Positions 17,728-25,427 of a stretch of 64,000 nucleotides of DNA are shown in pieces. This stretch comes from a virus. The stretch lies in the IMG/VR virus record IMGVR_UViG_3300021400_000026, one strand, 5' to 3'. Within the stretch, counting starts at the first letter, position 1. Every line of letters starts with the position of its first letter. A program made the translations under genes and the position numbers. Under the pieces are notes generated by a model that saw only the letters and a program-made list of their open reading frames with translations, was not told the origin of the DNA and did no database searches.

Positions 17728-18876
17728 TTAATCGTTGCTTGGTGCAAATGGTAAATCATTTAGTATCGCGTCGCATTGTGACGTGTTGAGAGTATATCGG
17801 CCATTGACAGGCAGACTGAAAACGCCCGCACTGTTGGCCTCGTTGAAGTATTCCTTGGCTTTCGTCTCGCCAACGTGCATCCGCTTCTTCAGTTCCTTCA
17901 CGATGTTGGAGAAGTACTCGCTATTAGGTGGAGAGAGGAACTCGAGCAGGCACTTGACAATCTGCTTCTTCAGTATCTCGCTGCTGTCGGCTGGTGGAGG
18001 AGGTGGAGTCGGTGTGTCGCTGATTTCCTGCGGACGGCCCCAACCTTCGACTGAGAGTATCTCGAAATCCCAGTCATCGACATCCTTTCCACGGGCTTTC
18101 AGTTGTTCGACTGAGAAATAGATGGGCGGTCGGTTGGGTTTCTTGTCTTTCTCCTTCTCGTTTTTATGCTTGCGGACGGCAAACACCTCGGTCACCTTGC
18201 GCTGGGCGATACTACCGAGTGATCCGACCATCTTCTCCGTGGTCGGGTTCTCATGCAGCACGCACCAGGTTGACATATCGTAGTGTGTCGCCATGATCAT
18301 CAGTTCACGGATGATGGGTGTGCATTCTTTCTGCTCGTTGTAGTCCTCGACAATATCGAGCAGTCCGTCGATGAACATCACGTCTGGCTTAATGACGTAG
18401 GCGAGCTTCAGAATTTGCTGCCATCGTTCGGCAGCTGTCACCGTGTCCCTGAGCCTTGCCACCTTGAACCGTTCGCACGGCTCATTGAATGGGATGCCAG
18501 CCAACGAGCAGACGCGGTTCTTTATGGCGATAGTGTCATCCTTACCCATCTCCGTGTCGATGTAGAGCACCACGGGCATATTAGGTGGCTCACCTTCGTA
18601 TTGCATATTACCGAACTTACCACAGAGCAGGGTGGCCATCACTTGCGACATGAAGGCCGTCTTGCCGTGTCCGCTCTTACCTGTTACGATGTGCAGTTCT
18701 CCACGGTTGGCGAATGGTGTGCCATTGTGCGAGAGCGTCCATCGTGGCGGGTGGTACGGTTCGGTAAAGTCGAGCAGTAAGCCTGACACATCGACACCGA
18801 ACCATCCTCGCTCTTTCAGGAAGTCGGGCACTAGCTCAGGTTGTCCTGGCAGTGGTATTTTATTATCTTCGTTCAT
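17728..18876 (-). CDS. RecA/DnaB-like replicative ATPase (AAA_25-type)
   Basis: 382 aa with Walker A GKSGHGKT and Walker B-like VMFIDGLLD. Confidence 0.75.
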   Translation of the reverse strand: MNEDNKIPLPGQPELVPDFLKERGWFGVDVSGLLLDFTEPYHPPRWTLSHNGTPFANRGELHIVTGKSGHGKTAFMSQVMATLLCGKFGNMQYEGEPPNMPVVLYIDTEMGKDDTIAIKNRVCSLAGIPFNEPCERFKVARLRDTVTAAERWQQILKLAYVIKPDVMFIDGLLDIVEDYNEQKECTPIIRELMIMATHYDMSTWCVLHENPTTEKMVGSLGSIAQRKVTEVFAVRKHKNEKEKDKKPNRPPIYFSVEQLKARGKDVDDWDFEILSVEGWGRPQEISDTPTPPPPPADSSEILKKQIVKCLLEFLSPPNSEYFSNIVKELKKRMHVGETKAKEYFNEANSAGVFSLPVNGRYTLNTSQCDAILNDLPFAPSND

Positions 18877-19073
18877 AGTTCCTTAATCATTTCATCGGAT
18901 ATTTGCTGCCATAATGATTTCGCCGCTTCATTAGATCGGCACTGAAATCTGAAATTGGACAGTGCATAGGTGGTACACACTTCTACAATCGTATCGTCGT
19001 CTGAAGGAATATGAACAGCCACGATTTCCTTGACTCTGATGGCTACCTCTCCGTTTTTGTATATTCTTGCCAT
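18873..19073 (-). CDS. hypothetical protein
   Basis: Trimmed to MARIYKNGE (catagtt context at 19071). Confidence 0.55.
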   Translation of the reverse strand: MARIYKNGEVAIRVKEIVAVHIPSDDDTIVEVCTTYALSNFRFQCRSNEAAKSLWQQISDEMIKEL

Positions 19074-19141
19074 AGTTCCTAAAGTATTAAAAGGGTGACG
19101 TGGAAGGCCAAGCATACCCGTCCAGCTTCTTATCGGATTCG

Positions 19142-19990
19142 TCACCCTTCTCTTTTTTCGTTTTCTAATTCTCTCAGTGTTTCGGCCTTCACCTCGGCTA
19201 TCTCGCGCTGCACCTTCTTCACAAAGCCTTTCGATGCGAATATCTCCTTGAAGTCGTCAACGGCTCCTGATGCCGACGAGTAGAGCAGTTCGGGATCGAG
19301 CCACGCCTCCATCAGCTGTTGCAAACCAAGGTCGATGTTTCGCTCTTCGACTTCAGACAGTTTGATGGGGTCCGTCTCAGGGGCGAGAAGCATCAGTGCC
19401 CGCATCCAGTCCTTTGAGACTGGCTTCAGCGAGAACTGACTGAACACCTCGTCGAGTACATTACGACGGAGCTCCAGCCCGTTCTCACACTCTTTCGTCG
19501 CACTCTCATACATGGCTCCTGCGAGGTCGAGAGCGGCCTGGGCGGTCATCACCCATGCGACGTGCTCCGCATCTTTCACGTCGTGCTGAATGAGGCTCAC
19601 GCGGTACTTATTCACCAGCGAAGTGATCAGTGGCTTTGTCTTGTGGTAGGCGACAACCCCTACACCCTTCCAGAACTCGTAATATTCCTCATCGCTGATG
19701 TTGCCATACTTGCGGCGCACGTCGTCGCTCATGTCAGCCACATGGAACATGCGATTTGTCGGAGTGGTGAGCAAGTGCCGCTCATACTGATAGAAGTCGT
19801 TGACAGCTCGCTTGAAGTACCAGCCGATTGTGTAGCCTCCTTTCATGCTCCTGCGGAATGCCTTGCAGCGTCTTGCATGGCCGTAGCCCTCCATCATCAC
19901 TACCCACGCGGCATTATTGCCAACGCCACAGACGAGCTTGAAGATGGCAGCGGCATTGCCGACGGCCTTTTGTATCTCTTCGTAGTTCAT
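19142..19990 (-). CDS. hypothetical protein
   Basis: 282-aa track ORF. Confidence 0.7.
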   Translation of the reverse strand: MNYEEIQKAVGNAAAIFKLVCGVGNNAAWVVMMEGYGHARRCKAFRRSMKGGYTIGWYFKRAVNDFYQYERHLLTTPTNRMFHVADMSDDVRRKYGNISDEEYYEFWKGVGVVAYHKTKPLITSLVNKYRVSLIQHDVKDAEHVAWVMTAQAALDLAGAMYESATKECENGLELRRNVLDEVFSQFSLKPVSKDWMRALMLLAPETDPIKLSEVEERNIDLGLQQLMEAWLDPELLYSSASGAVDDFKEIFASKGFVKKVQREIAEVKAETLRELENEKREG

Positions 19991-20047
19991 ACGCTCTCAT
20001 GATTGAGAGTGGTGACCTCTATCGGCCACCACTCGCAGAAATAGTCA

Positions 20048-20506
20048 TCAGAATGGCAGGTCATTTTCATCTGGATTGATAGGTTGAATTGGATTGCCGT
20101 ACTGGTCTACCTGCGGTGGGAATGGTGGCCGCTGCTGCGTTTGATACTGAGGTGTGGGCTGTTGTCCCACTGGCTGCTGAATCGCCTGCTGTGCGGGCTG
20201 ATTCTGTGCCTTTCTGACTGATTCAATCTTGTAGAGACGCATTTCGTTGATTGTGGTCTGTGTACCATCCTGCTTGGTGATGGTCTTGGCCTTGTGGCCG
20301 AATCCACATATAACCTCCATGCCTTCCTTCAGGTTGTCAATCACGTTGGTGTCGAATGTCTCCAGTATTACGCTGTCTGCGTATCGGTCAGACTCATGCT
20401 CGAAATACTCAAAAATAAATGGCAGCGACTTCCATTCGTTGCCCGTGCGCTGGCTCACACCCTGACGGATGGGCAGCAGCTTTGCTATACGTCCTTGAAA
20501 TTCCAT
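20048..20506 (-). CDS. SSB-like protein (DUF3127-type OB fold with acidic SSB tail)
   Basis: N-terminus MEFQGRIAKLLPIRQGVSQRTGNEWKS..., a Gln/Pro-rich linker, and a C-terminal ...ENDLPF tail typical of SSB. Confidence 0.7.
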   Translation of the reverse strand: MEFQGRIAKLLPIRQGVSQRTGNEWKSLPFIFEYFEHESDRYADSVILETFDTNVIDNLKEGMEVICGFGHKAKTITKQDGTQTTINEMRLYKIESVRKAQNQPAQQAIQQPVGQQPTPQYQTQQRPPFPPQVDQYGNPIQPINPDENDLPF

Positions 20507-20510
20507 AATA

Positions 20511-20699
20511 TTAATAATATGATGATTTTATTTTCTTTCGCTCTTCCTGGCGGCTGATGCCGTCGGCTGTCTGTTGGTCGAAGATGGTCTTGCGACTATC
20601 CGTGTCGTTCACTCTCGCCCGCATGAAATGGCGGTCAAACTTGTCATCGGGCACAAGCTGCTTGTGCCTCGATGCCATGATTGCATTCAAATGATTCAT
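20511..20699 (-). CDS. hypothetical protein
   Basis: 62-aa track ORF. Confidence 0.5.
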   Translation of the reverse strand: MNHLNAIMASRHKQLVPDDKFDRHFMRARVNDTDSRKTIFDQQTADGISRQEERKKIKSSYY

Positions 20700-20739
20700 A
20701 ATAAAAAAAAATACTTTGCTTCGCTACACTTCACTCAGC

Positions 20740-21165
20740 TGGACTCAACTGGGAAACAGCTATACTTTGCTATGCTTCGCTCCGCGTTGCTACGCTTGAC
20801 TAAATTGGGATATAACTTTGCTTGGCTCCGCTTTGCGCGGCTGTACTTTACTCTACTCTGCTATACTGCGCTGCGTTTGGATATAACTTTGCATCGCTCT
20901 TCTAAACTTGGCTCCACTTTACTCCGCTAAACTAAATTTGGATGTAACTTTGCTTTGCCAGACTGAACTCCGCTGTACTACGAGTTGCTCAACTTTGCTT
21001 TGCTCAACTTTGTTGGGATATAACTGTGCTTTGCATCGCTATACTTTGCTATGCTTAACTTCACTTTGCATTGCTGGGTTATGATATAACTTTGCTTCGC
21101 TTGACTTCACTCCGCTGATCAAGGCTTTTCTTAACTTGGCTTTGTTTGGATATAACTTTGCTGCG
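20740..21165. repeat. degenerate tandem array, >=6 units of 61-76 bp
   Basis: Conserved core TTGGATATAACTTTGC at 20805, 20876, 20937, 21013, 21079 and 21145. Strong T/C bias on the plus strand. No credible ORF. Confidence 0.85.
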
Positions 21166-21201
21166 CTCTGCTGCGCTATGCTCAACTTTACCATAATAGT
21201 C

Positions 21202-21540
21202 TTAACTGGACTGCGCAAATTTATTTCGATTTAATTTCTTCAATCTTATATCTTCGAGCCGCTTGATGTTCGCCTCGTTGCGTTTATGTAGCAGATTACG
21301 AAATTCTCCAAGCCATGCGTGGCGTTCATTGGCATTTGCAAAATTGCCCTTAAAGCGATTTTCAAAGAGGTGCGATTTCAGCACCTCTTCGTTCTTATAA
21401 TAACAGCCATAAGGCAGATAAACACATTCAAGTCTTCCCCATCTAAGAGTTACAAGACCAACCAAACGATTATTCATTCTTGCTTCATATTCTTCTGGGC
21501 AAGTTTGTTTTATCTGCTTAAATTTTATTTGGCGTTTCAT
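21202..21540 (-). CDS. hypothetical protein
   Basis: 112-aa track ORF. Confidence 0.6.
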   Translation of the reverse strand: MKRQIKFKQIKQTCPEEYEARMNNRLVGLVTLRWGRLECVYLPYGCYYKNEEVLKSHLFENRFKGNFANANERHAWLGEFRNLLHKRNEANIKRLEDIRLKKLNRNKFAQSS

Positions 21541-21549
21541 AGGCTATTT

Positions 21550-22128
21550 CTACTTAATTTCTTCAATTTTATATCTTCCATAGCACTGCCGATATGTCCC
21601 GATGCCGTATCGTAGCCCGGCATTGGTCATGGCCAACCACACCTCACTCTTATTGAGCTGACTCTCGTCGAAGTGCAGCTCGCCCTCCAGACTCCACTCT
21701 GGGATGATCATGCGGGCTGTCACCACCTTCGCCTTCATAATGCCGACAGGACGGATGTCAACGTATGTCTCGCTGTGGTTCTCCCAAAGCTCTTCAGGTG
21801 TGCAACCATTATCGGCAAACTTCAGGATGCCATCGTTGAACACGAACACGCTGCGCTGGAACTTTGCACCCAGCTTATTCTCCTTCGCACCAGCCTCGAA
21901 ACTCTTGGCAATCATATTGGCGGGAAGGAAGTATTGCCCTTTGTTGTTCCAATAGCACGATGCCAGGAACTTCAGGTGGAAGATTTCATTTTGGTCTTCG
22001 TCGGTCTTCTTGCGCTTCGATGTCAGTGCGCTGATGGCCTTCGTAAACTCATTCATTGGATTCACCGTCTGCGGGTTGTTCAACATCAGTGGACAAGTAC
22101 CCGTCATTCTAAACTTAATACTTTTCAT
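21550..22128 (-). CDS. hypothetical protein
   Basis: Trimmed to MKSIKFRMTG (ATG 22128). The longer track start would overlap the upstream gene. Confidence 0.65.
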   Translation of the reverse strand: MKSIKFRMTGTCPLMLNNPQTVNPMNEFTKAISALTSKRKKTDEDQNEIFHLKFLASCYWNNKGQYFLPANMIAKSFEAGAKENKLGAKFQRSVFVFNDGILKFADNGCTPEELWENHSETYVDIRPVGIMKAKVVTARMIIPEWSLEGELHFDESQLNKSEVWLAMTNAGLRYGIGTYRQCYGRYKIEEIK

Positions 22129-22163
22129 AATCTCTCTTTTTAAATTGTTAATATGGTTTATTT

Positions 22164-22523
22164 TTACGCTTGTAATGCTTTTCCCTTGGACTTCATCGGC
22201 CAGTCGTCGTAACCGTTGGTGATGACCATCTCGGGGATTGATGAGTAGTCGTAGATGTCGATGCAACTGCCCTTGCGACGAGAAAACCGCTCAGCCTCTT
22301 TCTTGCACCACGACAGGGGCAATCCGCGAGCGTCTTGCGGTTCGTCTAAGATGTCCCAAGGTGGCAAGCGGTATTTCTTATTGCCACGGTCGAATGCATC
22401 GATGTCTTCGGCTGTCAGCTGTTCGCACACCTTCACCGCGTGGCGCATCTTCTTCACCCACTCGGGTGGGAAGGGGCAGTGCCATTCGCCTCCAGCGTGG
22501 TATGGTCGCTTGCTGTAGATCAT
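22164..22523 (-). CDS. hypothetical protein
   Basis: 119-aa track ORF. Confidence 0.6.
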   Translation of the reverse strand: MIYSKRPYHAGGEWHCPFPPEWVKKMRHAVKVCEQLTAEDIDAFDRGNKKYRLPPWDILDEPQDARGLPLSWCKKEAERFSRRKGSCIDIYDYSSIPEMVITNGYDDWPMKSKGKALQA

Positions 22524-22660
22524 TACATGCCGCTGACGAGATGAGCGAGAAGACCGCCAAGATATACGACGGCCAAAAACGCGATGCCGAGAACGGCACC
22601 GAAACCAATCTGGCGCAAGATGTACTTCAATTCCTGCGCTTCGCTTTCATTCTGTTTCAT
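22523..22660 (-). CDS. possible 45-aa single-TM peptide
   Basis: Unlisted ORF MKQNESEAQELKYILRQIGFGAVLGIAFLAVVYLGGLLAHLVSGM. Its stop overlaps the next ATG (TAATG). Confidence 0.4.
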   Translation of the reverse strand: MKQNESEAQELKYILRQIGFGAVLGIAFLAVVYLGGLLAHLVSGM

Positions 22661-22698
22661 ATCTGATATATTTTAAAATGTGGATAATCTGTTGAAAA

Positions 22699-22869
22699 CC
22701 GTCAGAACCTCGCGGCGGTGACGGGTAGAAAATTCAAACTTGAATGATATAGAAAAATTTGCAAGAACCGTCAGAACCTCGCGGCGGTGACGGTGGATCA
22801 AAAAAAAATAATTAATAATAAAACAGTAAAGAATTCACAAGAGCCGTCAGAACCTCGCGGCGGTGACGG
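22699..22869. repeat. three identical 26-nt hairpin repeats
   Basis: CCGTCAGAACCTCGCGGCGGTGACGG at 22699, 22768 and 22844. A-rich spacers separate the copies. Confidence 0.85.
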
Positions 22870-22922
22870 GTGAATGCTGTAACAAACAAATTTTTTATGA
22901 AAACAAATCTTAAAGTCTTTCG

Positions 22923-22996
22923 TCGCCATAGATGGGCTCGAACCACCGACCTCACCCAATGCAAAGGGTGTGCTCTACCAACAGAGCTATACGACG
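22923..22996 (-). tRNA. tRNA, isotype undetermined, 8-nt anticodon loop UUUGCAUU
   Basis: Hand-folded cloverleaf. Acceptor CGTCGTA/TATGGCG; D arm GCTC-TGTTGGTA-GAGC; anticodon stem CACCC/GGGTG with an 8-nt loop; T arm GGTGG-TTCGAGC-CCATC. Confidence 0.65.
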
Positions 22997-23000
22997 GAAT

Positions 23001-23029
23001 AAAAAGCCCGCACGATTGCTCATGCGGGC
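23001..23029 (-). terminator. intrinsic terminator
   Basis: On the minus strand, GCCCGCA-10 nt-TGCGGGC followed by TTTTT, directly before the tRNA 5' end. Confidence 0.6.
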
Positions 23030-23361
23030 ACGTTCAATTTATCTATTCAATATATTAGTTTCGATTTTAGTCTCACTGCCTAATACCCAGCTCTACAACA
23101 TCTGGCACACGTGCCAACAGGTCTCCTTTGAAATGGTTTAGGTTCTGCACCTCACTCGCACCTCACGGCGGGAGCGTCCACCCGGTCTGATTACATTCTT
23201 ACGTTGCCGCAAGGTCCTTCATCAGTCGCCTCTCGTCCGGCTATGTATTGTTTTAGGGGCGTTGCCTTATTCCAGGGTCGCCATGATGGTCGGTCTTGCC
23301 GATTCCCCCTTGCCGTATCTGAGTACCCAGCAGTGCTGGTTTGTATAGTCATTGAATCTTG

Positions 23362-23450
23362 TGGAAGGTGAGGGACTCGAACCCCCGACGTACCTCGCGC
23401 TTTCAGCATTGCCTCACGTTCTTGGTGCCTTTCCTCTCGGCCAACCCTCC
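23362..23450 (-). tRNA. aberrant type-II tRNA-like element (possible pseudo-tRNA)
   Basis: Acceptor GGAGGGT/ACCTTCC, a TGGCCGAGAGG D-arm, and T arm GGGGG-TTCGAGT-CCCTC. I could not fold a canonical anticodon stem in the central 40 nt. Confidence 0.4.
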
Positions 23451-23612
23451 CAATATGTCTTATCCTGATTACTCTTGTTTAAGAAAACCAGCGAACTTCA
23501 CAGCGGGCTGGATAGTGTTTTACAATATGTTTAACTACGTATAAAAAGAATTGGCAACCGCCGTTGCATTGAAACAATCATTATAACTAAATACCTCTTT
23601 ATATCGCCTTTT

Positions 23613-23888
23613 TCAATTCACTTGCAGCCTCTTGATCCTGCCGTCTTCCATCATCTCCTGAATCTCATGCAACGGATAGAGCCAGCTGCCCGTGTGGTGA
23701 TTCCCATCGCGGTCGTCCCACTCCACCCTTGTACGGTTGAAGCATGAGCCGTTTCGCTTCAGCCAGTTCACGTTCAGCGTCTCGATATGATCTGCCAGCG
23801 TCTCAGCCGTCACCCACTTCTCAGAGTATTGCTTGAATGCCCTCCGCACCACGTCGAGTATCTTCACCTCTAATTGTTTCCAGTTCAT
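23613..23888 (-). CDS. hypothetical protein
   Basis: 91-aa track ORF. Confidence 0.6.
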   Translation of the reverse strand: MNWKQLEVKILDVVRRAFKQYSEKWVTAETLADHIETLNVNWLKRNGSCFNRTRVEWDDRDGNHHTGSWLYPLHEIQEMMEDGRIKRLQVN

Positions 23889-23891
23889 AGC

Positions 23892-24104
23892 CTACGATAT
23901 ACGCTTAATGATTACCTGCCTCTGCTCCACTCCGTCGATTGCTGGTGCAATCCTGGCACTGAACGATTTGCCGCTGTAGTTCTTCTGCTGGTTGGCGAAA
24001 CTCTGAGCAGAGCGTGCCACCTTCCAGTTCGGCAGGGTAAAGATTTTCTCTTCACCAACCACGAACGCGTTCAGGTCTTCCAATGTCACTTTTTCTTTCG
24101 TCAT
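23892..24104 (-). CDS. hypothetical protein (cro-position)
   Basis: 70 aa, the first gene divergent from the repressor-like gene. Confidence 0.55.
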   Translation of the reverse strand: MTKEKVTLEDLNAFVVGEEKIFTLPNWKVARSAQSFANQQKNYSGKSFSARIAPAIDGVEQRQVIIKRIS

Positions 24105-24287
24105 ATTATTAATCTATCTTAAATTATTGCTTGCATTAGTACAACTTGGCAGAAAAAGCCGTATATTTGCAACCCTACACTCTCGCAAAGTGTGTCACAA
24201 ACAGGCGGTTAATCCGCTTCGCTAAGACGGGTTTCTCGTCTGACGGCTATTTTCTTGCCCCGTTGTATGCTTGCTTGCTTTACGGGT

Positions 24288-24296
24288 GCAAATATA
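24288..24296 (-). promoter_or_regulatory. -7 promoter box (TATATTTGC)
   Basis: Matches TAnnTTTG on the minus strand, in the divergent region between 24104 and 24378. Confidence 0.4.
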
Positions 24297-24377
24297 CAAA
24301 CTTAAAATGAAACCAGTATAATTCTGGTGGATTTATGGTGTATTTTTAATATAATTTAAGAGAATTGTGGTGTAATT

Positions 24378-25049
24378 ATGGATGAATCAAAAAAAATCGA
24401 GGAGAAAAAGAAGTACAATGCACCCTTCTTTCGTGCCTTCGACCATCTGGCCAAAGACATGGACAAAAACCAACAGGAGATGGCCTTGCATATCGGTGCT
24501 TCGCCGTCACTTATATCCGACCAGCGCAACGGCAAAAAGCGGGTCGGCATGAAATACATGACAAATCTCGCCAAGGCTTTTAATGAATTCTACCAAGGCG
24601 AAGCTCACCTGTATATGAATTTTCTGCTGGGCAAAAGTCAGTACATGCTTGTTGAGAATGTCCCAGATTCCGAAATTTCGGAGAACCTATCACGCGAAGC
24701 CAATCCTGATTATGACGTGATGAAGGCTCAACAACAACAATCTTCACCTCATGATCAAGACTCTACTCTGATAATGTCGAAGATGTTCGAGTCAATGCTG
24801 AAGCCTATCGAGGCCGCACATGCCCAGCAAGTCGCAGCCCTGAATCAGCAGATTGCCGACAAACAGACCATCATCGATCTTCAGGCCGACAAAATCAAGT
24901 CCCAAGCTGACGAAATCGCCAGCCTACAAAAACTTATTGCCGAACTCCGCTCTATGCCGACATCTATCAATATTGAAGATGTCTTGAAGAAATACCCCTT
25001 CACCATCGGCGTTGCCGACCACCCCGACACCACCCGCGCACAGGTATGA
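24378..25049 (+). CDS. phage repressor-like HTH protein with coiled-coil C-terminus
   Basis: Contains NQQEMALHIGASPSLISDQRNGKKRV. Plus strand, next to the integrase. Confidence 0.65.
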   Translation: MDESKKIEEKKKYNAPFFRAFDHLAKDMDKNQQEMALHIGASPSLISDQRNGKKRVGMKYMTNLAKAFNEFYQGEAHLYMNFLLGKSQYMLVENVPDSEISENLSREANPDYDVMKAQQQQSSPHDQDSTLIMSKMFESMLKPIEAAHAQQVAALNQQIADKQTIIDLQADKIKSQADEIASLQKLIAELRSMPTSINIEDVLKKYPFTIGVADHPDTTRAQV

Positions 25050-25240
25050 ACATTATAATATATATAATAGCATTAACCGTGATAATAGTGGTGAAACTCT
25101 CCAATGTTTCCCCACACCAATACCATGAAGCACGGTTAACCTATTATAATATAACCACTTACGTCGAATCTTGCATAATCCCAAACGGATCACTTTTAGA
25201 CGTGGCGGGGTTATGCCGAAAATCGCGGCATCCGCCTTAA
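25046..25240 (+). CDS. possible small membrane protein
   Basis: 64 aa with an ATGA overlap onto the repressor stop and an N-terminal TM (IIIYIIALTVIIVV). AT-rich. Confidence 0.3.
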   Translation: MNIIIYIIALTVIIVVKLSNVSPHQYHEARLTYYNITTYVESCIIPNGSLLDVAGLCRKSRHPP

Positions 25241-25317
25241 ATAAAGGGATTAACGCTTAAATTGGGAGATTATGAAGAAATGCAAAATTGGCGCAAATCG
25301 GGACAAAAATGATGGAT

Positions 25318-25382
25318 TGTTTCCCCATTGTTACCCCAGTGGCAAAACAGGTGGGGAAACATTTCCAGGAAGTGGGGAAACA
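25318..25382. repeat. integrase-proximal short repeats
   Basis: TGTTTCCCCA at 25318, and its complement GTGGGGAAACA at 25351 and 25372. Confidence 0.7.
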
Positions 25383-25427
25383 GTATGACCAGGCTGAAGC
25401 GCATGAAACTAAAAAAACAAAAAATCT

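Noticed and set aside
20574-20930. 118-aa plus-strand ORF
   Set aside because: It is a translation of the tandem repeat array (periodic L/Y/F pattern). It has no start context and is antisense to the local gene direction.
22699-22869. Possible mini-CRISPR array
   Set aside because: There are only three repeats. The spacers are A/T-rich low-complexity sequence of unequal length (43 and 50 nt). There are no cas genes, and the repeats form hairpins with a long loop typical of regulatory or REP-like elements.
23030-23450. tmRNA, RNase P RNA, SRP RNA or cobalamin riboswitch
   Set aside because: The T-arm and acceptor 3' strand lie only ~90 nt from the 5' acceptor strand, so it is not a tmRNA, and no ...ALAA-type tag frame is present. 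The GAGGAAAGUCC (RNase P) and SRP domain IV signatures are absent. The only resemblance to a B12 box is a weak GGAGACCTG, with no downstream gene.
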